64,000 nucleotides of DNA from Pseudomonadota bacterium (GCA_016201015.1 JACQDQ010000194.1:11149-75148); one strand, 5' to 3'; numbered from the stretch's first letter, positions 1 to 11,056 are shown. Numbers and translations are program-made. Notes: generated by a model not told the origin, from the letters alone.

Positions 1-1
1 C

Positions 2-724
2 CTGGCCCAGGCCGCCAACCGCACCAAGACCGACTTCCTGGCCGCCATGAGCCATGAATTGCGCACGCCGCTCAACGCCATCCTGGGCTTTTCGGAAATC
101 ATCGCCCGCGAGATGTTCGGACCGGTGGCAGAGCGTTACCGCGTCTATGGCCAGGACATCAATTCCGCCGGCCAGCATCTGCTGGCCATGATCAACGATA
201 TCCTGGACATCTCGCGGATCGAAATCGGCGCCTTTACCCTGTGCATCGAACCGGTGGAACCTCGGGAATTGGCGGATTCCTGCATCCGCCTGGTCTCTAC
301 CCGCGCCGAAGCCGGACAAATCCGCCTGATCGAGGATGTGGCTCCCCGCCTGCCCCGCCTGATGATCGACGGCCGCCGGACCAAGCAGATCTTCATCAAC
401 CTCTTGGGCAACGCGGTCAAATTCACCCCCGCGGGCGGCAGCGTCACCCTCAGGGCCGAACTGCCCGCCGACGGCGGCATGACCTTCCACGTCATCGATT
501 CCGGCATCGGCATGAGCGAGGCCGACATCGCCGTGGCGCTGTCACCCTTCGGGCAGGTGGAGACCGGGCTGGATCGGCGCTTCGAGGGCGCCGGCCTGGG
601 CCTGCCCCTGGCCAAGTCCCTGGCGGAACTGCATGGGGGCATTCTGGAAATCCGTTCCAGCCCCGGCCATGGCACCACCGTCAGCGTGCATTTCCCGGCT
701 TCCTGCCTCGAAAAGCCGGCCTAG
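2..724 (+). CDS. sensor histidine kinase, C-terminal part; 5' end lies outside the window
   Basis: HisKA H-box ([19 protein letters not shown]) and HATPase_c motifs ([22 protein letters not shown]). The reading frame is open to position 2. Confidence 0.8.
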   Translation: MAQAANRTKTDFLAAMSHELRTPLNAILGFSEIIAREMFGPVAERYRVYGQDINSAGQHLLAMINDILDISRIEIGAFTLCIEPVEPRELADSCIRLVSTRAEAGQIRLIEDVAPRLPRLMIDGRRTKQIFINLLGNAVKFTPAGGSVTLRAELPADGGMTFHVIDSGIGMSEADIAVALSPFGQVETGLDRRFEGAGLGLPLAKSLAELHGGILEIRSSPGHGTTVSVHFPASCLEKPA

Positions 725-2639
725 GCGCCGGTCCGGCCGGCCGTCCGCCCCGCGGCACCAGTTGGTGCTTGCCCGGCCCGATGAGGTCGGCGCGGCCCAT
801 CTTGGCCAGAGCCTCGCGCAGGATCGGCCAGTTCTCGGGATCGTGAAAGCGCAGGAAGGCCTTGTGCAGGCGGCGCTGGCGCATTCCCTTGGCCGTGAAC
901 ACCTCGTTCGAATCACGGCGCACCGGCCGGATGGGATCGCGGCCGCTGTGATACATGGCGGTGGCCAGGGACATGGGCGTCGGCAGGAAGGTCTGGACCT
1001 GATCCAGCTTGAAGCCGTTGTTCTTCAGCCACAAAGCCAGATTGAGCATGTCCTCGTCGCTGGTGCCGGGATGGGCGGCGATGAAATAGGGGATCAGGTA
1101 GAGCTGCTTGCCGGCCTTCCTCGCCGCTGCCTCGAACATGTCGCGGAAGCGTTCGTAGGAACCGATGCCCGGTTTCATCATCTTGGCCAGCGGCCCGTCC
1201 TCGGTATGCTCGGGGGCGATCTTGAGATAGCCGCCCACATGGTGGCGGACCAGTTCCTCCACATAGGCCGGGCTTTTCACCGCCAGATCATAGCGCACCC
1301 CCGAGCCGATATTGACCCGCTTGACGCCCTTGACGGCGCGCGCCGCCCGGTACAACCCGATCAGCGGCTGGTGGTCGGTGCCCAGGGTCTTGCAGATATC
1401 GGGAAACACGCAAGACAGCCGCCGGCAGACCCTCTGGACCTCGGGCTCGCGGCAGCCCAGCCGCCACATATTGGCCGTCGGCCCGCCCAGATCCGAGATG
1501 GTGCCGGTGAAGCCCTTGGTATGATCGCGGATGGCCTCGATTTCACGGACCACCGAATCCTGGGAGCGGCTCTGGATGATGCGGCCCTCGTGCTCGGTGA
1601 TGGAGCAAAAGGAACAGCCGCCGAAACAGCCGCGCACGATGTTGATGGAAAAGCGGATCATCTCCCAGGCCGGGATCCTGGCATCGCCATAGGAGGGATG
1701 CGGCCCCCGCCCATAGGCCAGGTCGTAAACCCCGTCCAGTTCCGGCGTCGACAGCGGCCAGGGCGGCGCCGTGACCCATAATTCCTTGTCGCCGTGACGC
1801 TGGACCAGCGGCCGGGCGTTGAGGGGATTGCTCTCCTGGTGCAGCACCCGGGACGCCTGGGCATAGAGCACCGGATCGGCCTGCACCTGCTCGAAGGCCG
1901 GCAGGCGCACCACCACCTTGTCGCCTTTGATCGCGGCGGGGGCGGTGTCGATATCGCTGGCATCGATCACGCTCCAGCCCTCGGGCACGCCGTCGCGGAC
2001 GAAGGCGGTGCCGCGGATGTCATGCATGAGCTTGGGCGCCTCGCCCCCGGCGGCGCGCCGGGCGATCTCGACGATGGCGCGCTCGGCATTGCCGAACACC
2101 AGCAGATCGGCCTTGGCATCCATCAGCACCGAACGGCGCAGCTTTTCCGACCAGATGTCGAAATGGGCGATGCGCCGCAAACTGGCCTCGATGCCGCCGA
2201 GGATGACCGGAACGTCCTTGAAGGCTTCGCGGCAGCGCTGGGCATAGACGATGACGGCGCGATCTGGGCGCTTGCCGCCCTCGCCGCCCGGCGTATAGGA
2301 ATCATCGCTGCGGATGCGCCGATCCGAGGTATAGCGGTTGACCATGGAATCCATGTTGCCCGCCGTCACCCCGAAGAACAGCCGGGGTCGCCCCAGGGCG
2401 GTGAAGGCCTGGGGGCCGCTCCAATCGGGCTGGGCGATGATGCCGACCCTGAATCCCTGGGATTCCAGCAGGCGCCCGACGATGGCCATGCCGAAGCTGG
2501 GATGGTCCACATAGGCGTCGCCGGTGACCAGGACGATGTCGCATTGGTCCCAGCCCAACACATCCATCTCGGCCCGAGACATGGGAAGGAACGGCGCCGC
2601 CGCATGGGCGGGAAAGGTCAGAGGCAGGGGCTGGTCCAT
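681..2639 (-). CDS. ygiQ: YgiQ/UPF0313 family radical SAM protein
   Basis: 652 aa. N-terminus [48 protein letters not shown] and a CxxxCxxC-type radical SAM cysteine motif ([10 protein letters not shown]). Confidence 0.85.
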   Translation of the reverse strand: MDQPLPLTFPAHAAAPFLPMSRAEMDVLGWDQCDIVLVTGDAYVDHPSFGMAIVGRLLESQGFRVGIIAQPDWSGPQAFTALGRPRLFFGVTAGNMDSMVNRYTSDRRIRSDDSYTPGGEGGKRPDRAVIVYAQRCREAFKDVPVILGGIEASLRRIAHFDIWSEKLRRSVLMDAKADLLVFGNAERAIVEIARRAAGGEAPKLMHDIRGTAFVRDGVPEGWSVIDASDIDTAPAAIKGDKVVVRLPAFEQVQADPVLYAQASRVLHQESNPLNARPLVQRHGDKELWVTAPPWPLSTPELDGVYDLAYGRGPHPSYGDARIPAWEMIRFSINIVRGCFGGCSFCSITEHEGRIIQSRSQDSVVREIEAIRDHTKGFTGTISDLGGPTANMWRLGCREPEVQRVCRRLSCVFPDICKTLGTDHQPLIGLYRAARAVKGVKRVNIGSGVRYDLAVKSPAYVEELVRHHVGGYLKIAPEHTEDGPLAKMMKPGIGSYERFRDMFEAAARKAGKQLYLIPYFIAAHPGTSDEDMLNLALWLKNNGFKLDQVQTFLPTPMSLATAMYHSGRDPIRPVRRDSNEVFTAKGMRQRRLHKAFLRFHDPENWPILREALAKMGRADLIGPGKHQLVPRGGRPAGPAPRPAFRGRKPGNAR

Positions 2640-2651
2640 GAAACGATCCGT

Positions 2652-3782
2652 TCAAATGCCGTCGCCGTCGGCGAACCCCTTCTCTTCCTCCCCTTTGCCG
2701 TTGAGATGCAACACCCATTTCGCCAATTGCCGCCGCCCCGCCCAACTGGAGGCGGTCACGAACACCACGATGGTCAGCAGCAGGATGGCCAGTTCGCGCC
2801 ACCATTCCGCCAGGGCCAGATCCTCGGCCACCCCCACCGACACCAGTAGCGGATAGCGCTCGATCCCCCTCAAAGCGGCGATCTCGGGGGAATTGTCGGT
2901 GGGATCGGGCAAGCGGCCGACCAGTTCATGCCGCACCTCCTGCCAGGTCTTGAACAGCCGGGTCTGGGAAAAGGCCCTGCCGATGACGGTGAAGTCGCGA
3001 GGATGATTGACCAGCAGCCGGGCGGAGCCGTCGAAAATCCGCACCGCCGCACCGGTGACGATGTTCATTTCGCCGATGATGGCGAAGATGCTTTCCGTAT
3101 CCAGTTGCACCATCACCATGCCGATGAAGTCACCCTCGGCATTGCGCAACGCCTGGGTCATGTGCAGGCGCCAGCGCGAGCCCTTGGGATCGGCCAGGAC
3201 CAGCGCGGCATCACCGACGAAGACGGCCAGATCGTCGCCCGCGTCGCGATGCTGGGCGATGCCGGGAATATTGCGCGGATCGGGCTCCGGCCTGACGCCG
3301 GGAACCGAGGCGGCGGCCAGACGGCCGACATTGTCGAACACCATCACCGCCGCCACCTGGGGCAGGCGCTGACGGGTCAGCTTGAAGACCTCCTGCATCT
3401 GCTTGGGCGAGCCCCGCCCGGTCACCAGCCGCGACGCAGCCGGGACGAGATGGTCGGTCAGATGGATTTCCACCGGCTGCAAGGTGCTGGTCAGGGTACG
3501 GGAGACCTCGCGGGCCAGAGTCTGTACCTGGACCTGGGTTTCCTCATAGGCCCGGTCGTGGTCGATCCACAGGCTGACGAAATCCCAGGCGTTGAAGAGC
3601 ACCGCCACCAGCGCCGGCGGTGCAAGCAGTAGCGGCAGCCAACGTCGGCCCGCCCTCCTCACTGCACTGGTCACCGCCTTTACCACTTGCCGCGCTCCAT
3701 TGATGTTGCACTGCAGCAAAAACAGTAGCGCGATTTCCGCCTGAATCCAATGGTGCTTGCTATGCACCGGCGGTAGAGGCAC
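2652..3782 (-). CDS. membrane protein with a periplasmic Cache-like sensor domain between two TM helices and no output domain; start uncertain (probably internal)
   Basis: Hydrophobic helix WLPLLLAPPALVAVLF, a ~250 aa extracytoplasmic domain resembling dCache, a second TM (LAILLLTIVVFVTASSW) and a short tail. Only 30 nt separate the ORF start from the hpnN start, so the true start is likely downstream. Confidence 0.45.
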   Translation of the reverse strand: MPLPPVHSKHHWIQAEIALLFLLQCNINGARQVVKAVTSAVRRAGRRWLPLLLAPPALVAVLFNAWDFVSLWIDHDRAYEETQVQVQTLAREVSRTLTSTLQPVEIHLTDHLVPAASRLVTGRGSPKQMQEVFKLTRQRLPQVAAVMVFDNVGRLAAASVPGVRPEPDPRNIPGIAQHRDAGDDLAVFVGDAALVLADPKGSRWRLHMTQALRNAEGDFIGMVMVQLDTESIFAIIGEMNIVTGAAVRIFDGSARLLVNHPRDFTVIGRAFSQTRLFKTWQEVRHELVGRLPDPTDNSPEIAALRGIERYPLLVSVGVAEDLALAEWWRELAILLLTIVVFVTASSWAGRRQLAKWVLHLNGKGEEEKGFADGDGI

Positions 3783-3812
3783 ATTCCGGCCTTCGAATCA
3801 CTCACCCAACGG

Positions 3813-6413
3813 ATGCTGGCGACAATGTTGCGGAACCTGGCGGTAAGCGTAGTGGATTGGTGCTGGCACCGCGCCGCGACGGTGGTTGCCGTCGCCGCGC
3901 TGCTGACGGTTCTGTTGGGCCTGTATGCCGCCAAGACGCTGACCCTGGACACCGACGAGAGCAAGATGATCTCGTCCGATCTGCCCTTCCGTCAGGTCGA
4001 GCGCGCCATCGATGCCGCCTTCCCCCATTCCACCGACCGCCTGACCGTCATCCTGGACGGTCCCAGCGTGGAAATGGCCGAGGATGCCATCGAGCGGCTG
4101 GGCCAGGCCTTGCCGGCCCGGCACAAGGGCCTGGTCAATGCGGCGTCGCGCCCGGCCGAGGAAATGTTCTTCCGCCGCAATGGGCTGCTGTTCCTGTCGC
4201 TCTCCGAGGTCACCGCCCTCACCGAGCGCCTGGTGCAGTCCCAGCCTTTCCTGGGGGGGATCGCCCGCGACCCCTCGCTGCGCGGCCTGCTGGGCTCTGT
4301 CGATCTGATCTTGCAAGGCGTCGCCCATGGTCAGGCCCAGCCCGCCGACATCGAGCCGCTGCTGGCCCAATTGGAGGCCCCCGCCGCCGCCGCCGCCGCC
4401 GGAAAGAGCGTGGCGCCGGTGGATTGGCAGGGTCTGATGTCGGGAGGCGGCGCCAAGGATACGCCCCGGCGCTTCCTGATGGTCCAGGCGGCCCTGAATT
4501 ACGGCGAGCTGGAGCCTGGCTCCGACGCCATCGACGCCATCCGCGCCACCGCCCGCGATCTGGGCCTGACCGCCGCCAACGGCTATCATCTGCGCATCAC
4601 CGGACAGGTGGCCCTGTCCGACGCCAATTTCGCCACCGTGGCCGAAGGGGTGGAGATTTCGGCGCCGCTCTCCCTGCTGGCCGTACTGGGGCTGCTGTTC
4701 TGGGGCGTGCGCTCGGCCCGCGTGGTCGGCGCCATCATGATCTCCCTGGTGGTGGGGCTGGTGGCCACCGCCGCCTTCGCCGCCGCCACCGTCGGCAGCC
4801 TCAACCCCATCTCGGTGGCCTTCGCGGTGATGTTCGTGGGCATCGCCGTGGATTTCGCCATCCAGTTCGTCACCGCCTATCGCAACGAGCGCTACCTGAA
4901 GGGCGAGGCCGCCGCCGCCATCCTGGCCTCGGCCGGAACCATGGCGGCGCCCCTGTCCCTGGCGGCCATCGCCACCGCCGTGGGCTTCCTGTCCTTCCTG
5001 CCCACCGCCTATACCGGCGTGTCGCAATTGGGCCTGATCGCCGGCGGCGGCATGATCATCGCCCTGGTGGTGGACTTCACCGTCCTGCCCGCTTTGCTGG
5101 CCCTGCTCAAGCCCCATCCCGAGAAGGAACCGGTGGGCCTGCGTCTTCAGGCCGCCGATTCGTGGCTACGCCGCCGCTCCCGCCCCATCGTCTGGGTCGG
5201 CGGCGCCATCGCCCTGCTCGGCGCCGCCCTGCTGCCGATCATGAAGCTGGATTTCGATCCCCTGCACCTGCAAGACCCCAAGGCCGAGGCGGTCTCCACC
5301 TTCCTCGATCTGGCCCGCGACCCCGATAACGGCGTCTATGCCGTGGAGGCCCTGGCCCCCTCGGTGGCCGAGGCGGCCAGGCTGGCGGCGCGGTTCGAGG
5401 CGTTGCCCCAGGTCCATCGGGTCATGACCATCGAGACGTTCATCCCCGATGGCCAGGACGACAAGCTGCCGCTCATCACCGACGCCGCCATGGTCCTGGG
5501 GCCGACCCTGTCGCCGGCCAGGGTCATGGCCAAGCCCTCGCCCGAGGACTTGCTGGCCGCCATTTCCAAGGTCGCCGGGCAGCTCGAGACCATCGCGCCC
5601 GACCACAAGCCCTCCCAATCCCTGGCCCGCCATCTGCGCCGCATCGCCGAGCAGGGAGCCAAGGCCGCCATGGCCCTGGACCACAGCGTCGCCGACGGGC
5701 TGCCGGGATTGCTGTCGAGCCTGCGCCGCTCCCTCGATGTCGAGCCGGTCACCCTGGATTCCATTCCCGCCGAGCTAAAGCACGAATGGGTGGCCGCCGA
5801 TGGTCGCGCCCGCATCCAGGTTCTGCCCAAGGACAGCATGCAGGACCAGGAGGCCCGCAACCGCTTCAATGCCGCCGTCACCGCCATCACCCCCGCCATG
5901 TCCGGCGCTCCCATCTCCATGGAGCAATCGGGCCGGGTGGTCATCGGCGCCTTCGCCATCGCCGGCCTGGGGGCTCTGGCCGCCATCGGCCTGCTGCTGG
6001 GCCTGATGCTGCGCCGGGTGCTGGATTCGGTGCTGGTGCTGGCGCCGCTGCTGCTGGGCGCCATGGCCACGGTCATCGCGGCGCGGGCCACCGGGATCGC
6101 GCTCAACTTCGCCAATGTCATCGCCCTGCCCCTGCTGCTGGGCATCGGCGTCGCCTTCAACATCTATTTCGTGGTCAATTGGCGCAACGGCATCACCGAC
6201 CATCTGTCGTCGCCCACCACCCGCGCCGTGCTGTTCTCGGCCCTGACCACCGGATCGGCGTTCGGCAGCCTGGCCATGTCGCCGCATCTGGGCACGGCGT
6301 CCATGGGCCTGTTGCTGTTCTTGTCATTGGGACTGTCGGTGGCAGCCACCTTCGTGGTATTGCCGGCTATCTTCCATCTGATCGGCTCCCCTTCGAACGG
6401 AACGCCCAAGTGA
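3813..6413 (+). CDS. hpnN: hopanoid-associated RND/MMPL transporter HpnN
   Basis: 866 aa with two 6-TM MMPL blocks and large periplasmic loops; located within a cluster of hpn genes. Confidence 0.8.
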   Translation: MLATMLRNLAVSVVDWCWHRAATVVAVAALLTVLLGLYAAKTLTLDTDESKMISSDLPFRQVERAIDAAFPHSTDRLTVILDGPSVEMAEDAIERLGQALPARHKGLVNAASRPAEEMFFRRNGLLFLSLSEVTALTERLVQSQPFLGGIARDPSLRGLLGSVDLILQGVAHGQAQPADIEPLLAQLEAPAAAAAAGKSVAPVDWQGLMSGGGAKDTPRRFLMVQAALNYGELEPGSDAIDAIRATARDLGLTAANGYHLRITGQVALSDANFATVAEGVEISAPLSLLAVLGLLFWGVRSARVVGAIMISLVVGLVATAAFAAATVGSLNPISVAFAVMFVGIAVDFAIQFVTAYRNERYLKGEAAAAILASAGTMAAPLSLAAIATAVGFLSFLPTAYTGVSQLGLIAGGGMIIALVVDFTVLPALLALLKPHPEKEPVGLRLQAADSWLRRRSRPIVWVGGAIALLGAALLPIMKLDFDPLHLQDPKAEAVSTFLDLARDPDNGVYAVEALAPSVAEAARLAARFEALPQVHRVMTIETFIPDGQDDKLPLITDAAMVLGPTLSPARVMAKPSPEDLLAAISKVAGQLETIAPDHKPSQSLARHLRRIAEQGAKAAMALDHSVADGLPGLLSSLRRSLDVEPVTLDSIPAELKHEWVAADGRARIQVLPKDSMQDQEARNRFNAAVTAITPAMSGAPISMEQSGRVVIGAFAIAGLGALAAIGLLLGLMLRRVLDSVLVLAPLLLGAMATVIAARATGIALNFANVIALPLLLGIGVAFNIYFVVNWRNGITDHLSSPTTRAVLFSALTTGSAFGSLAMSPHLGTASMGLLLFLSLGLSVAATFVVLPAIFHLIGSPSNGTPK

Positions 6414-7273
6414 GCAAGCGCCTGATCGTCACCGCCGATGATTTCGGCCGCTCTCTCCAGGTCAACGACGCGGTGGAGGACGGGCATGTCAACGGCATCC
6501 TCACCGCCGCCAGCCTGATGGTCACCGAAGCCTGGGTCGAGGATGCGGTGGCCCGTGCCCGCCGCCTGCCCAATCTGGGGGTGGGGCTGCATGTGACCCT
6601 GGTGGACGGCATTCCCGCCCTGCCGCCGTCGCAAATTCCCGATCTGGTCGACGATAAGGGCCTCTTCACCCTGGATCTGGTCCGCCTCGGCACCCGCATC
6701 TTCCTGTCCAAGGCCGTCCAGGCCCAGGTCACCGCCGAGATGCGGGCCCAGTTCGAACTGTTCAGGCAGACCGGCCTGAAACTGGCCCATGTGGATTTCC
6801 ACCACCATTACCACCAGCACCCGACGGTCTTCGCCCTGGTGCTGAAGCTGGCGGTGGAATACGGGGCACCGGGCATCCGCATTCCCTATGAGCCGCCGCT
6901 GCCGTCCTACCGGGCCAGGGGCGACAAGCTGGGCCTGCGCCTGATGAACGGCATCTTCCACTGGCGCCGCAATCAGGCCATGCGCAAGGCCGCCTTGCGG
7001 GCCGGTCTGGTGGTCAATGACCGGGCCTTCGGGGTCAATGATTCTGGCGCCATGAATGCCGAACGGGTAGGCTCGTTCCTGGACGCCCTGCCCGACGGCC
7101 TCAACGAGATCTACAGCCATCCCGCCACCGGCCATTGGCAAGAGCGCCCCATGCCACCCAGCTATCAGGTGGCCGAGGAGTACAAGGCCCTGACCGCACC
7201 CGAGAACCGCCGCAAGATCGCCGAATTGGGCATCCGCCTCACCACCTTTGCCGCCGAGGCCGCCACGTCATGA
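6410..7273 (+). CDS. hpnK: hopanoid-associated YdjC-like deacetylase HpnK (GTG start overlapping the hpnN stop)
   Basis: VSKRLIVTADDFGRS...HVTLVDG YdjC signature. The ORF-track ORF at 5786 is an upstream extension of the same frame. Confidence 0.75.
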   Translation: MSKRLIVTADDFGRSLQVNDAVEDGHVNGILTAASLMVTEAWVEDAVARARRLPNLGVGLHVTLVDGIPALPPSQIPDLVDDKGLFTLDLVRLGTRIFLSKAVQAQVTAEMRAQFELFRQTGLKLAHVDFHHHYHQHPTVFALVLKLAVEYGAPGIRIPYEPPLPSYRARGDKLGLRLMNGIFHWRRNQAMRKAALRAGLVVNDRAFGVNDSGAMNAERVGSFLDALPDGLNEIYSHPATGHWQERPMPPSYQVAEEYKALTAPENRRKIAELGIRLTTFAAEAATS

Positions 7274-8250
7274 AAGCCGGCGCCATCCGTCTCGCCCTGA
7301 TCGCCGCCGTCCTGGCCGTGGCCTGGTGGCTGCGCGACGGTTTCGGCGATGTCCAGGGCGCGCTGGATACCGCCGGCTGGAGCGGCGTCGCCCTGATGGC
7401 CGTCACCCATATCCTGCCGCTGATCCTGTGCGGTCTGGCCTGGGGCTCGCTGCAGGACGAGATGCCGTCGCGGGTGTTCATGATGGGCCGCTGGATCAAG
7501 GACGGGGTCGGCGAGTTGGCCGGCTTCCTGCCGCTGTCGGGCGAGATGGCCGCCATCCGCATGATGACCCGCCACGGCTTCCGCTTCGCCGATGCCAGCG
7601 CCATCGTGGTGGTCGACGTCACCTCGGAAGCCATCGCCCAGTTCTTCTTCAGCCTGCTGGGTGTGGGCATGTGGCTGTGGCTCTATCCCCAGGCCGAGGT
7701 CACCCGCTGGGCCCTGATCGCCCTGGCCATCAGCGTGCCCGGCCTGGCCGCCTTCGTGGCGCTGCAGCGCTCGGCGGTGGTGCGGTTCCTCGAAACCCTG
7801 CCCTCCAAGATCATGCCCCATGCCTGGGACGCCCCCGACGCCGATGCCGGCGTGCATGCCGCCATCCATGCCCTGTACAGCGACCGCCGCCGCATCGCCA
7901 GGTCGGTGGGCTGGCACATCCTGGCCTGGGCCGCCGGCGCCATCGAGGCCTGGGTGGCGCTGCGCCTGCTGGGCCACCCAATGGGGATCGCCGAGGTTCT
8001 GGCGCTGGAAAGCATCATCTACGCCATCCGCTCGGTGGCTTTCGTCATTCCCGGAGCTATCGGCCTGCAGGAAGGCGGCTACATGCTGGTGGGCGCCGCC
8101 CTCGGCCTGCCCACCGAGCTGGCCCTGGCGGTCTCCCTGCTCAAGCGCGGCCGCGAGCTGATGATGGGCCTGCCCGCCCTGCTGGCCTGGCATTTCGTCG
8201 AAGGCGCCGCCAAGGCGAAAGCCCCGCCGGCGGAAACACCGAAGGTCTAG
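7270..8250 (+). CDS. hpnL: hopanoid-associated membrane protein HpnL (lysylphosphatidylglycerol-synthase-like TM family)
   Basis: MKAGAIRLALIAAVLAVAWW...; polytopic membrane protein of ~327 aa. Its ATG overlaps the hpnK stop. Confidence 0.7.
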   Translation: MKAGAIRLALIAAVLAVAWWLRDGFGDVQGALDTAGWSGVALMAVTHILPLILCGLAWGSLQDEMPSRVFMMGRWIKDGVGELAGFLPLSGEMAAIRMMTRHGFRFADASAIVVVDVTSEAIAQFFFSLLGVGMWLWLYPQAEVTRWALIALAISVPGLAAFVALQRSAVVRFLETLPSKIMPHAWDAPDADAGVHAAIHALYSDRRRIARSVGWHILAWAAGAIEAWVALRLLGHPMGIAEVLALESIIYAIRSVAFVIPGAIGLQEGGYMLVGAALGLPTELALAVSLLKRGRELMMGLPALLAWHFVEGAAKAKAPPAETPKV

Positions 8251-8280
8251 CACCGCTTGAGCCTATAGCCGATCAGCAAA

Positions 8281-8313
8281 AAGGCCACCTCTTGCGAGGT
8301 GGCCTTTTCCTTG
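8281..8313. terminator. bidirectional rho-independent terminator between convergent hpnL and hpnJ
   Basis: aaaaaGGCCACCTCttgcGAGGTGGCCttttcc: a perfect 9-bp stem flanked by an A-run and a T-run. Confidence 0.6.
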
Positions 8314-8326
8314 GCACCAGCCCGTA

Positions 8327-9757
8327 TCAGCAGGCGTTGGCGCGGTCACGGGTCCGCAGGAACTGGAAGAACTCGACGCCTTCGCGCAGGCGGCGCTTCA
8401 TCATGTCCCAATCCTGGATCATCTCCAGCAGGATCTCGCCGATCTTGCTGGGGCGGAAGTAGAAGGCCTTATAGAAATCGGCCACGCCCTTGAAGATTTC
8501 CTCGGACGAAAGGTCGGGGTAGTTCAGCGCCGCCACCTGCCAGCCATGGTCGATGACCAGTTCCTTCTCCTGCTTGAACCAGCCGTTGGCGATGGCCTGT
8601 TCGTACAGCTCGGTGCCCGGATAGGGCGCGGCCATGGACACCTGCAGGGTACGGGGATTGATTTCCTTGGCGAAGGCCAGGGTCTGCTTGATGGTCTCGC
8701 GGGTCTCGCCCGGCAGGCCCAGGATGAAGGTACCGTGGACGATGATGCCGAGCTCGTGGCAATCGGCGGCGAACTTTCTGACGATATCCAGGCGCAGGCC
8801 CTTGCGGATGTTGTTCAGGATCTCCTGCACGCCGGATTCGTAGCCCACCAGCAGCACGCGCAGGCCGTTGGCCTTCAGAACTTCCAGTGTCTTGCGCGGA
8901 ATATTGGCCTTGGCGTTGCACGACCACGGAATACCCAGACCGCCAATACCCTTGGCGATTTCCTCGACCCGCTCCAGATCGTCGGTGAAGGTGTCGTCGT
9001 CGAAGAAGAATTCCTTCACTTCCGGGAACAGGGCGCGGGCCTGCTTGACCTCCTCGATCACGGAAGCGGCGCTGCGGGCACGATAGACCCGACCGCCGAT
9101 GGTCTGCGGCCACAGGCAGAAGCTGCACTTGGATTTGCAGCCCCGGCCGGTATAGAACGACATATAGGGATGCTTGATGTAGCCGATGAAGTAATCATCC
9201 ACATTGAGATCGCGGCGATAGACCGGCGACACATAGGGCAGCGCATCCATGTCATGGATCAGCGCACGGTCCTTGGTATGGACCGGCTTGCCGTCCTCGC
9301 CCCGGAAGGTCAGGCCGTCGATCTCGGCGAAGGGCTTGCCCTCGGCCACCTCGACGATGGTGTAGTCGAATTCATTGCGGGCCACGAAGTCGATGGCGGT
9401 GGACGCCATCAGCGACGGCTCGGGCACGGTGGCCACATGGGCGCCGACCATGCCGATCACGATCTTGGGATTGGCGGCCTTGAACGCTTCGGCCACCTTG
9501 ATCTCGGACATATAGGTGGCGGCGCTGGCATAGATCACCAGCAGCTCGAAATCCTTGGCGAGGGGCAGCACGTCATCAAGCGTCTTGCCGCTGGCCGGAG
9601 CGTCCACCAGCTTGGAATCCGGCACCAAAGCGGCCAATTGGCCCAGCCAGGTGGGATACCAATTGGACTTGACCTCACGCTTGGCCTGGTAGCGGGCACC
9701 CGCACCACCGTCGAAACCTTCATAGGAGGGGGGATTGAGGAAAAGCGACTTCTTCAT
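8327..9757 (-). CDS. hpnJ: hopanoid-associated B12-binding radical SAM protein HpnJ
   Basis: 476 aa. B12-binding N-domain plus radical SAM CxxxCxxC (GRGCKSKCSFCLW); TIGR03471-like. Confidence 0.85.
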   Translation of the reverse strand: MKKSLFLNPPSYEGFDGGAGARYQAKREVKSNWYPTWLGQLAALVPDSKLVDAPASGKTLDDVLPLAKDFELLVIYASAATYMSEIKVAEAFKAANPKIVIGMVGAHVATVPEPSLMASTAIDFVARNEFDYTIVEVAEGKPFAEIDGLTFRGEDGKPVHTKDRALIHDMDALPYVSPVYRRDLNVDDYFIGYIKHPYMSFYTGRGCKSKCSFCLWPQTIGGRVYRARSAASVIEEVKQARALFPEVKEFFFDDDTFTDDLERVEEIAKGIGGLGIPWSCNAKANIPRKTLEVLKANGLRVLLVGYESGVQEILNNIRKGLRLDIVRKFAADCHELGIIVHGTFILGLPGETRETIKQTLAFAKEINPRTLQVSMAAPYPGTELYEQAIANGWFKQEKELVIDHGWQVAALNYPDLSSEEIFKGVADFYKAFYFRPSKIGEILLEMIQDWDMMKRRLREGVEFFQFLRTRDRANAC

Positions 9758-10923
9758 GGTTTAGTGCCTTCAGTGCCTTCAACAGGGGCGAGAGTGCCAT
9801 CCGGCTGGACGACAAAACGCCGGCCACGCCATACCACAGTTCGTCCGCAACATGCGACAACGTAGACGACGAACGACAGAATTTCCCTCAATGCCAGGAG
9901 CCCGACACCCGATGGGGGCAGACCCAGCGCTTTCTCCTCGGCCCGAACCGCCCACCACCGGCACAGCGCAGCAATCGCCAGTGCCGTCAGTCCCCAAGCC
10001 GATCCACCGCCGACCAGCACCGCCAGCAGCGCCAGGGCCACGGGTTGGGTGATCACCGACGCCATATAGGAAGGCCGGTCGACGGCGGCAATGGTCCGAC
10101 CCCAACGTATTTCGTGGGCCAGCAGGCTTTTCAGGTCGGGCTCGTGCACCATGATGTCCACGGGGCGCGCCGCCAGGGCGATTTCCAGCCCCTGATCGCG
10201 GACCATCTTGCCCAGCACCCAATCATCGGCCAGGACATCCGACAGGCGCTCCAGCCCGCCGCCGGCCTCCAGCACCGAACGCCGCACCGCCATGGTGGCG
10301 CCGAAGCAGCCGTCCTTGCGGCCGATGGCGCGGGCCAGCACCGCCCCAGGCAGAAAGCCGTGATTGATGCCCATGGCGCCCAAGGCGCTGCACGGACCCG
10401 GCACCGGGCGTCCCACATACAGGCTGGTCACCACGCCCACCTTGGTATCGGCGAAGGGGGCCGCCAGGTCGTCCAGGTAATGGGGATCGACCCGGATATC
10501 GCTGTCGGCGATGGCAATCAGGTCGTGGCGCACCAGCGGCCACATATTGAGCAGGTTGCCGACCTTGAGGTTGCGGCCGTGGCTGGCGGCATCGGCCACC
10601 ACCGATATCTCGGCGCCAGGCTGGTCGCCGGGCAGCGCCCTGACCACCGCCAGGGCCGGATCGGCGGGATCGGCCACCCCGAACACCAGCTGAAATTCGG
10701 GATAATCCTGGCGCAGGCACGAGGACAGATTCTCATCCATGCGCGGTTCGGCCCCGCACAGGGGCTTCATGACGCTGATGGGAGGACGCGGACCGGCACC
10801 GGGCTTGGGCGCCGCCTGGAAGCGGCGCACCAGCAAGGCCGAGGCCACCTGATAGAGGCATCCGGCGGCGGTCAGGGCGATCAGCAGCAGGGACAATCCC
10901 TGCCCGACGAGGCTCATCGCCAT
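9754..10923 (-). CDS. hpnI: hopanoid-associated family-2 glycosyltransferase HpnI
   Basis: GT2/ceramide-glucosyltransferase-like motifs (ISVMKPLCG, DYPEFQLVFGVADPADPA, DSD). The 3' end overlaps the hpnJ start. Confidence 0.8.
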   Translation of the reverse strand: MAMSLVGQGLSLLLIALTAAGCLYQVASALLVRRFQAAPKPGAGPRPPISVMKPLCGAEPRMDENLSSCLRQDYPEFQLVFGVADPADPALAVVRALPGDQPGAEISVVADAASHGRNLKVGNLLNMWPLVRHDLIAIADSDIRVDPHYLDDLAAPFADTKVGVVTSLYVGRPVPGPCSALGAMGINHGFLPGAVLARAIGRKDGCFGATMAVRRSVLEAGGGLERLSDVLADDWVLGKMVRDQGLEIALAARPVDIMVHEPDLKSLLAHEIRWGRTIAAVDRPSYMASVITQPVALALLAVLVGGGSAWGLTALAIAALCRWWAVRAEEKALGLPPSGVGLLALREILSFVVYVVACCGRTVVWRGRRFVVQPDGTLAPVEGTEGTKP

Positions 10924-11056
10924 CCCTCCCCCGTCATCCCCGGCGACGTCGAGGGATCTCCGCCAGAATTGCCGCTTCTTCCCAGGTACGGGCGGGCCGG
11001 AACGAGTTCCCTCTTCCCGATGGTGGCCGGGATGACGGACGGAACAGCTGGAAAGA

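Noticed and set aside
3798-5117. 439-aa Gly/His/Gln-rich minus-strand ORF, and the 490-aa + strand alternate-frame ORF at 3857..5329
   Set aside because: Both overlap the convincing hpnN reading frame and show compositional bias with no domain.
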